DNA of 64,000 nucleotides from assembly GCA_951406725.2 (NCBI GenBank), contig OX597826.1, forward strand, positions 32,178,001-32,242,000, written 5' to 3'. Shown here piece by piece: positions 54,204-64,000 of this stretch. The position numbers and the translations under genes were made by a program. Under the pieces are notes generated by a model. The model ran no database searches. It was not told where the DNA came from and saw only the letters and a list, made by a program, of their open reading frames with translations. Within the stretch, counting starts at the first letter, position 1. Each line of letters starts with the position of its first letter. This stretch comes from Octopus vulgaris (Eukaryota).

Positions 54204-56124
54204 TATATATAATTCTTCTCTTGTTTGTTGCAGCAGAAAAAGAAATATTAATATAAACTAAACACTGTCTATTTCTGACTGAGTTTGCCAAAACAATTTA
54301 ACATTATAAATAATTGTTTGAATAGTTCATTAATTCATTGTTTTGTTTTTATCATATATATATATTTATATATATATATATATGCATATATTTGTGTATA
54401 TATATATATATATATATGTTCATATATATATTTTCAGTTGTTTGTTGCTTGCATTATCAGATATGATACTTAAGCTAACGATACACCCAATATCATGAAT
54501 ATCTTATATTTTCATTTATATGTATATGTGTGTGTGTATAAATGCGAGTTGTTGTGAAGCTCCTGAACAGCAAGAAACCTGCTTTATTCTTGCTTCTTTT
54601 CTCATATTTGAACCACTCATTTCCTTGCATAAAATCTCCCTTCCTTCAGGGTCATTAGCTTTGCAGGCCTTGTAGTGATCTCCCTAGATCTAGAGGCATG
54701 AAAAATGCACCCAGTACACACTGTGAAGTGGTTGACAGTAGAAAGGGCGTCCAACCATAGAAACTATAGCAAAGCAGACACCAGGGCATATTGTAGATCC
54801 TGGACTCATTGGATCTTGTGAAACTGTTCAAACCATGCCAGCTTGGAAAAGGAACATTAAATGATGACAATGAGGATGATGATGAACACTACCAGAAGAT
54901 TTGTTAACTGGTATGCATAGTATTAAATGTTCAATGTATATTTTCAATTTTGTTTAATATATATTTTATTATACTGGAATTTCTGAGCTTAATGTATCAG
55001 GGCAATTATATCCCAGTCCTCCAAAGAAAAAAAAAACAACAGTCAGGGTTTTCAATATATTCTATATAAAGCCTGTTGATTTTAGAAGTTGAAGAGTATA
55101 ATTAATGTAATTAAAACTAATGAAAAAAATATAAAACACAGGAAAAACAAATTTTAACAAACAAAGGGAGGGGAGCTAAATTAATTAAAGTTGAGTTGGG
55201 TTCAATTAAAAGCAAAACGAACAAATTAGTATTTATTGTAATCACAGCATCCTTGATATACAAAGATAAAAAAAAACTGAATAGGATCTAGATTTGTATG
55301 TGATAATAGATTAAGTGAAATTTAATCTACACAACAAAAATGATCTATATGTTATAAATTTCCTTTTGCTGTTATTAAGTGCTGTTAAATTCTAAAGTAT
55401 TAACAGGAAGATAGCATCAAAAAGAAAAAAAATAATTTTTTTATAAACAAACTGAAAAGTACCAGGTGAGTTGGTATTTCACAGAATATAAGGGAAATAT
55501 TAAACACATTCTGTGGAAACAGTTTAGAAGATTGGGTAAATACCTGTAGAAGATGGGAAAAGTGGTTAGCTGTTTTTATGTATATATTTATATATATATA
55601 TAAAGACACCCTTCGATCTTGAATGACCATGGGATTGCACCTAGGAAGTTACCCTCCAAGGCACAAGTCCGAACAAGGTTGTTTATGGAAGACCAGCAGT
55701 TCTCCACAGCACTGATGTCCAATGGAAAGGCTAAGGCCAATACAGCTTGGCAGCAGCAATGCTGCTGCTCATTTCTATAGCTGAGGGAACTGGAGAAATG
55801 TGAAATAAAGTGTCTTGCCTAAGAACACAACAGACAGCCCGGCCCAGGAATCAAACACACCACCTCATGATTGTGAGCACAACGCTGTAACCACTGGTCA
55901 TGTGCCTTCATATATATGTATACGCACACACAATGCATTTTAAATTCACTCACAAGCGATTAGTCAGCCTGGGGCTATAGTAGAAGATACTAATTCAAGG
56001 TGCTGTGCTGTCAGATTGAACTTCAAACTATGCAGCTGCAAAGTGAGCCTCTTAACCACACAGCCATACCTGTTATATATATATACTAGCTTCAGGCTAG
56101 CATACATAAATATACATATATATA

Positions 56125-57065
56125 TGAAGCTAGTATGTCTGCTGGATGTGTAATGTCAGTATGCATACACGACAGAGTGTAAGTGCCTGGAGAGAAAAGT
56201 TGTATGTAAGAAGCACCAAGTGTGGTGTGCAAGAGAGACGACTGCGCTGGTATGGTCATGTGTTACATATGGATGAGGACAGGTGTGTGAGGAAGTGTCA
56301 CATTCTAACTGTAGAAGGAACTTGTGGAAGAGGTAGACTCAGGAAGATTTGGGATGAGGTGGTGAAGCATGACCTTCAAAAGTTGGGCCTCACAGAGGCA
56401 ATGACAGGAGACCGAGACCTTTGGAGATATGCGGTGATTGAGAAGACCTGGCAACTAAAGTGAGATCACAGCCATAGTCGATGCCATTGTTGCATGTTCA
56501 GCCCATTTAAAAGTGCCCTTGATGTGTCAGGCGATATGATATGCTTGAGAAGGCTTGTCCAATCAAGTAAAACCAAAATCGTAGCTGTGGCCAGTGTCCT
56601 CTGACTGGCTCCCATGCTGGTGGCAGGTAAAAAGCACCATCTGAAAGTGATCGATGCCAGTGCCCCTGACTGGCTCCTGTGCTGGTGGCACGTAAAAAGC
56701 ACTATCTGAATGTGCTTGATGCCAGGATTGCCTGACTGGCTCCCATGCCGGTGGAGCGTAAAAAGCACCATCCAAACATGGCCGATGCCAGTTCCCCCTG
56801 ACTGGCTCCCGTGCCGGTGGCACGTAAAAAGCACTATCTAAATGTGATCAATGCGAGGACCACCTGACTGGCTCTTCTGCCAGTAGCACGTAAAAAGTAC
56901 CCACTACACTCTTGGAGTGGTTGGCATTAGGAAAGGCATCCAGCTGTAGAAACATTGCCAGGTCAGATTGGAGCCTGATGCAGCCTTCTGGCTTTCCAGA
57001 CATCAGTCAGACTGTCCAACCCATACCAGCATGGAAAGCAGACGTTAAACGATGATGATAATGAT
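56125..57065 (+). mobile_element. 5'-truncated RTE-clade LINE (ORF C-terminus 56146-56463, repeat-bearing 3' UTR, (GAT)n tail)
   Basis: ERRLRWYGHVLHMDEDRCVRK...GRGRLRKIWDEVVKHDL...DRDLWR is the typical RTE C-terminal motif set. Confidence 0.9.
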
Positions 57066-57070
57066 GATTA

Positions 57071-57117
<47 letters not shown>

Positions 57118-57200
57118 TATATATACATACATATATATATATATGTATTGTGTGTGTGTGTGATTTTTTCCCTGTAAATTTGGATTTATTCCCTAATATT

Positions 57201-57258
<58 letters not shown>

Positions 57259-57496
57259 CAATATATATATATATATGTGTGTGTGTGTGTATGTAAAGAT
57301 TTATTTAATGATTTTTGCTTTTCTCACATAATATTTACTCCTCTCAGGAAAGATAACAGTATGCTTGGTAGTAGGGAACTGGTGTTAGTATTGTTGATGG
57401 TCAGACTAATTTCTTATTTATATATTATTTGTGTTATTATTATTTTATTTCATTTATCTAGCTATCTATCAATATTTTTTTTTTTTTTTTTGGCAG

Positions 57497-57600
57497 CCAA
57501 AACACTGTTGAAATTTAATACAGATTTAAACAGACTTAGATATATTCTGCCATTGACTCGAACTGATACTAACGCTATTGATCAGAAACGACAATTATAA
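57497..57600 (+). CDS. Candidate terminal coding exon, unknown gene
   Basis: Long T-run ggcAG acceptor; frame KTLLKFNTDLNRLRYILPLTRTDTNAIDQKRQL*; CpG-retaining unique sequence; AATAAA near 57636 and 57711. Confidence 0.35.
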
Positions 57601-57813
57601 CGACTGGTCGAGGATATTATATTGAGCAGAACAACAATAAAATTAAATGTTTAATTTACTGGGACAGACAACACCCCGCTGCCGACCCCTGCCAACCCCT
57701 GCCACCGCTCAATAAACCCAAAATAAGTCAATCACTCTTTTATTATTTTTTATCTATGATTCTGTTGTGTATGTGGGTGTACGTGTGTGTGTGTTAGTGG
57801 GTGTATGTATATG

Positions 57814-57846
<33 letters not shown>

Positions 57847-57892
57847 GTATATGTATATATATATGTTTATATTCATATATATATTATATATA

Positions 57893-57954
<62 letters not shown>

Positions 57955-58059
57955 AAATAGTAAAAAGTGAAAAAACTACAGAAGGCTTGTTTTAAAAGGT
58001 TAAAATATATATATATATATATGCATATATATATATATATATATACATATATATATAGA

Positions 58060-58091
<32 letters not shown>

Positions 58092-58631
58092 CCAGACATA
58101 GATACACACATCCACACACACACACACACATACACACACACACACACAGCACACAGATGTACACGTTTATATTTGTAAAACAGATTAAAAACACGAACAA
58201 TTGATAAATGTTCTGATGTTTTTTTATGTGGAGATGTTTTGATTGTAAATATTCTGGTATCTGCCACAAATTTATGAAGGTAGATGTATGGAAGAGTGGA
58301 AAACGGGTGAAGAAATGGTGCCAACTGTTAGAACTATTACAACATTGGATATGTCTTGCAGTCAGTATTAGTTCTAGTTCTCTATGCCCTGAGTTCAAAT
58401 CCCGCCATGGTCAGCTTTGTCTTTCATTCTTTCGATGTTAGTACTCAATTCTGTCAGCTTACTGCTTTTATTGGTTTCAAAGTTTGGCACCAGGCCAGCA
58501 ATTTTGTAGGAGAGGATAAGTTGATTATATCAACCCCAGTGCATAACTTGTACTCATTTTATTGGTACTCCGGAAGGCAAAGTCCACCTTGGCAGAATTT
58601 GAACACAAAATGTAAAGACAAGTGAAATGCT

Positions 58632-59111
<480 letters not shown>

Positions 59112-59618
59112 CAGGTGAAATGCTGTTCTGTATTTTGCCTTGAGTACTAATGATCCTGCCAGCTCAGTGCCTTACCATATTCTGATACTGCAATAGATAA
59201 GCAGCAGCTGGTGAATGGGATTCCTGGATTAGGGACCTTGGATTCAATTTGTTCTAGTACAAGGGATTGCGAAATACTGGTAAGCCAAAAGATCTCATGA
59301 TAACAACGAGAGAGTTAATCTTACTATCTTATATGACAAATGGGTAGAGAAAAATGATATAATATTTGAAATTTTAAAACAACATGAAATGGTTTGGCTG
59401 CAGTTTTGGAAGAAAAACATTGATTTAGAATAAACAAAGTGAATGTGATGTAAAAAAATGTGCTTAATGGATCACGGAGTTGCACAAAGAAATATGTAGA
59501 AGAAGGAAACGGATGCAGAGATATGAGAGAGAGGAGGAGATAAAGGAAAGAAAGGAAGTGGTTTAGAGGAAATGAGTGGGGAGTGGGATGCGGTAGATGC
59601 ATGGGGAGGCAGAGAAAT

Positions 59619-59650
<32 letters not shown>

Positions 59651-60619
59651 GGGGAGTAAAGGAAGATAAAAGATGAGACAAAAAAAATAAAGACAGACGG
59701 AGAATAAGATGAGGGAAAACGGTAGATGAAATCAAAACAATCTATAAAAGAAAGAGTAAGAAAAGAGAAAAACGAAAGAGCAAAGGAAAGAATGAGAGAG
59801 AAAGAGAGAAATAAAAGTGAGACTCAGAGAGAGAGAGAGAGGCATAGAAAGGGAGAACAGAAGAAAGAGAGTAAGTAAGTGAAAAATATCAAGAGATAAA
59901 TAGCTAAGATGGAGTAAGCTATTCAGTTTATTTGAAGAATCTTTCTATTGTTTTCTTAACAATGCAGATATTTCTTGTTCCAGAGGAATCATATAAAAAT
60001 ACTCGTTTGTGCTTCTTGTCTTATCAAGACTGATAGTTGTACATGGTACTGCTTAATGCAACATGCATAAGTCACAGATTGCAATTCTAGAACTGACATC
60101 TTTATTGAAGTGGAATAATTTTCCCAATGTAAATGGTAAAGAATATTCCACAAGACATTTTCTCTGTGTGTATATGACATCACACCAACATGCTATATGG
60201 CTTGAAAGAATGGCAATAAAAAAATTTAGAGGCTCCATGTCAAAATATTAAATATACAGTCATGTTCGGTGTAATCTTTATCCCTGCAAATACATAGTCA
60301 CACGTATGAAATCACGTATTGATTTGTGTGTGTATGTGTGTGTGCGTGTGCGTGTGTGTGCACATTCATATGTATGAATGCATGGATACACACTGCGAAG
60401 ACATGCATCAATGACTTGCTACGTATACTGTGCAGCGTGTCAGAAACAATACTAGTGATATGTAAACTTCTTGAACACAGTTTATTCTGTGAGGTACATA
60501 AATACATACATGCATACATATATCATCATCATCATCATTTAACGTCTGTTTTCCATGCTAGCATGGGTTCGGCGATTTGACTGAGGTCTGGCGAACCAGA
60601 CACCAATTTGATCTAGCAG

Positions 60620-60786
60620 AGTTTCCATATATATATATATGTATATATATACACATGCACACACGCACACATACACACATACAGATGTATACTTATGTGC
60701 ATACATACATATGCATATATATACTTAAATACACACACATATATATGAATATACATAAATATATACATCTATATATGTGTGTGAGC

Positions 60787-60829
<43 letters not shown>

Positions 60830-61180
60830 TGCATGTGTTTCTTTCTGTCAGTCTGTCTATCTATCTATTTATTTTAATGTCATATACTTGCAAACACACA
60901 CACACATGTGCATGCATATGCACACACATACAGATGTATACTTACATGTATTCATACATATGCATATATATACTTATATATACACACGCACACATATGAA
61001 TATATATATATATACATCTATATATGTGTATGAGCATATATATATGTGTGTGTGTGTGTGTGTGTACTCTTGTCTGTGTGTATGTGTGTATGTGTGCATG
61101 TGTTTCTCTGTTTCTGTCAGTCACTCTGTCTATCTATCTATTTTAATGTTACATACTTGCGCGCACACACACACACACAC
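60620..61180. repeat. Tandem duplication (~270-290 bp) of a compound microsatellite
   Basis: Anchors catacagatgtatactta, gagcatatata and tttctgtcagtc...attttaatgt.catacttgc each occur twice in the same order. Confidence 0.8.
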
Positions 61181-61429
61181 GTATCGGATGAGATTTTTTA
61201 AAATACAACCACATTTTTGTATAGAGTAGGGAATTCGGTGTAGTTATTCTGGTCAAATTATAGCAACAGAGGAACATGAAATGAGGATCATGAAGACAAT
61301 CTCAAAGACTACAATGCTGATGATGACAATGATGATGATGACAATGATGATGATGATGATGATGACAATGATGATGATGATGACACTACAACGATGATGG
61401 CTATGATAACCGTAATGATGATGATAATA

Positions 61430-61462
<33 letters not shown>

Positions 61463-61866
61463 TTGGAGATGATGATGATGACAATAACGATGATGATGAA
61501 TACAACTAGACTTAGAAGATTTATCAGAAAATTGCTGCTAAATTCTTTAATAAAGAATTCTTTTGTCACCTGTGGAGCACACTGATATATTGCTTTAGAT
61601 ATTACATCAGAAATTTATCAAAAATAAAAGGAAAAAATCATTATAAATAAATACATACCTACATACATACTTACATACATGCATGCATACATACATACAT
61701 ACATACATACATGCATGTGAATGTGTATTATATTATATATACTATGTATATTATATGTATTATATATGATATATAATGATATTAAATGCGTATGTATTTA
61801 TTTATAAATATATGTGTATTTATACGTGCATATATAAGATAATATATATATAAATATATACACATT

Positions 61867-61901
<35 letters not shown>

Positions 61902-62239
61902 ATGTGTGTGTGTGTGTAAATTTCATAAGAAAAATTCAACTTGAGATCACTTATGAAAAATATCTCTGAAATTTAATTTAATCATTTTGTAAGAGACTGA
62001 AATTAAAAGAAAAACATTAAAACTAAAATATTCACTTTAGAAAGTTACTTTAAGAATTTAAAAAATGAAAAACTCGTTATATAAAATTATAATAAAACTT
62101 AATAAATATTTAATTTACTTCTCACTTAAAGTCACAGATGAGAGTGTGTCATTTAAAAGTAACGTATCTTGTGTTGACAATATGAATTGTATAATTCATG
62201 GCTGGCTTTTGTATACTCTTGAAGTTTTTCTGCTAATAT

Positions 62240-62740
62240 AGGCGCAGGTGTGGCTGTGTGGTAAAGAGCTTGCTTTCCAACCACATGGTTCTGAGTTGAA
62301 ACTCACGGTTTGACACCTTGGGCAAGTGTCTTCTGCTACAACCTCTGTCTGACCAATGTGTCTTGTGAGTGGATTTGATATACAGAGATGGAAAAAAAAA
62401 AACCTGTCGTATATATATATATATATATACATATATATACATATATATATATATACATATATATACTTACATATATATACATATATATATATATGTATAT
62501 ATTTATGTGTCATTGTGTCTACGTTTGTCCTCACAACCATCACTTGACAACCAATGTTGGTGTTTTTATGTCCCTGTAACTTTGTGGTTTGGCAAAAGAG
62601 ACCACTTGAATAAGTAGGAGTCTTAAAAAGAAAAAAACAGTACTGAGGTTGATTCATTTAACTAAAAATTCTTGAAGGTGGTGCCCCAGCATGGCCACAG
62701 TTTAATGACTGAAACAAATTAATAGAGAAAGATAAAAGAT
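62240..62740 (+). mobile_element. SINE family A, full length with an internal (TA)n expansion
   Basis: ggcgcaggtgtggctgtgtggtaaagagcttgc head ... ccagcatggccacagtttaatgactgaaac tail. Confidence 0.85.
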
Positions 62741-63851
62741 AAAAATATAAAGAGCAGACTAGCCATACATCTCTTCAGCAAAATACCGGTTCCTGCCTCT
62801 CAGCATCTAGCATCAATCTACACTTCTCAAATGGGTGTTTTTGTTCTAGAAGTTACATAGCAACCCCACCAATGCTGGTGCACCAGTTGGGTCACCATGA
62901 ATATTAAAATATGGACAATAGTCTCTATAAAGTAGTCAATGTTAGGAAAAGTATCCAAAGCTATCAAACCAAAGCAGACATTGGAGCATGATGCAGTCCG
63001 CCAGCTAGTTGGATCCTTTTGAACCTTCTAACTCATGCCAGCATAGAAGATGGACGTTGATGACATGAATAGCAATGATGATGATGATGATGATAATGAT
63101 GATGAACAAGAGCCTGTGTGGGGGAAAATTACAGCTGAATACTGTATATATACCCGTAAGACTCTGATTTTAATCTTGATTTTGGTGAAAGAAAAGTGAG
63201 CAGTATTCACAGAGATTTAAAGCAATCCAAATGTCTTTTTTTTCTTTCACGTAAACAGAATTTATAAAGTAAAAATTCAATATTAACCTCGGATTCTACA
63301 CATTATTATCAAAAGAACGCTGTTTTTGTGTAAACAATATCACGCTACATTTTTTTCTTCTTTCCTTTGTAATTTTTCTTGCAATGACTGTATTGATGTT
63401 AAATTATGACATATAAAAAAAAATTTTGGTTAATGAAATGGAATCAACAAAGTAGTTTTTAAGTTCGTCAATATAACAAAAAGAGCATAAAATTTCATGA
63501 GAATATTGCTTTGATATTTCAACAATTTTAAGCATCATCATCAAAGTAAATACCTCGATTTTGAATTTAAAAATAATTAACTTCTTTGATAAGGACACAT
63601 TTCAAAGTTGAAAACGAAATTGACTATGATTTCTAATTAACGTGTTTGGTTGACTAGTCATGGGTTCAAGTGTCCCAGTGTTATATTATAATTATATTTG
63701 GATAATTACTATGCCACAATTATCTAAATAGGTTGAAGAGATTCAAAGCACTGTACTTGGCTTTACTGGGTTCTCTCCTGACTTTCTCTGCTCCACTTCT
63801 GTCCTTTCCCTAAACTAAATACAAATAGAATCCTATTATACTGCAATGAGG

Positions 63852-63990
63852 AAATTGGTGAGCAGACAGAATCATTCCTGCATAGAACAAATTACCTTGC
63901 AGGATTTTTTCTGGCTCTTTACATTCTGAGTTCAAATTCTGCCAAATTTCACTTTGTCTGTCATCCTTTTCGGGTTGATAAAATAAGTTC
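63852..63990 (+). mobile_element. SINE family B
   Basis: ggtgagcagacagaatcatt...gagttcaaattctgcc...tcatccttttcgggttgataaaataag. Confidence 0.75.
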
Positions 63991-64000
63991 CTCTTAAGTC

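Noticed and set aside
56580-56905. Regularly spaced repeats resembling a CRISPR array
   Set aside because: The intervening segments are homologous to each other, the context is a eukaryotic LINE 3' UTR, and there are no cas genes

Overview
AT-rich, microsatellite-saturated eukaryotic DNA that is intronic or intergenic. The repeat complement (tRNA-derived SINEs with CORE-like and Meta-like bodies, RTE LINE 3' ends with (GAT)n tails, dense (TA)n/(CA)n/(TCTA)n/(TAA)n) looks like an octopus/cephalopod genome; this is recognition from memory, not a database result. No intact protein-coding gene is recognisable, and nearly all ORF-track entries are translated simple repeats. The only convincing protein remnants are C-terminal fragments of RTE and R4/Dong-type non-LTR retrotransposons; a few short + strand candidate exons are low confidence. 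The most striking signal is a set of at least five unrelated short non-coding element families, each carrying a minimal type I hammerhead-ribozyme motif with a palindromic stem III (Penelope-like/retrozyme type), mostly inserted in microsatellites. The best case is 25423-26146: a circularly permuted 362-nt monomer in inverted arrangement, with an intact U3-A8 variant hammerhead. A second, at 58632-59111, joins a tRNA-derived head to a hammerhead tail. Coordinates were counted by eye; repeat boundaries are approximate.
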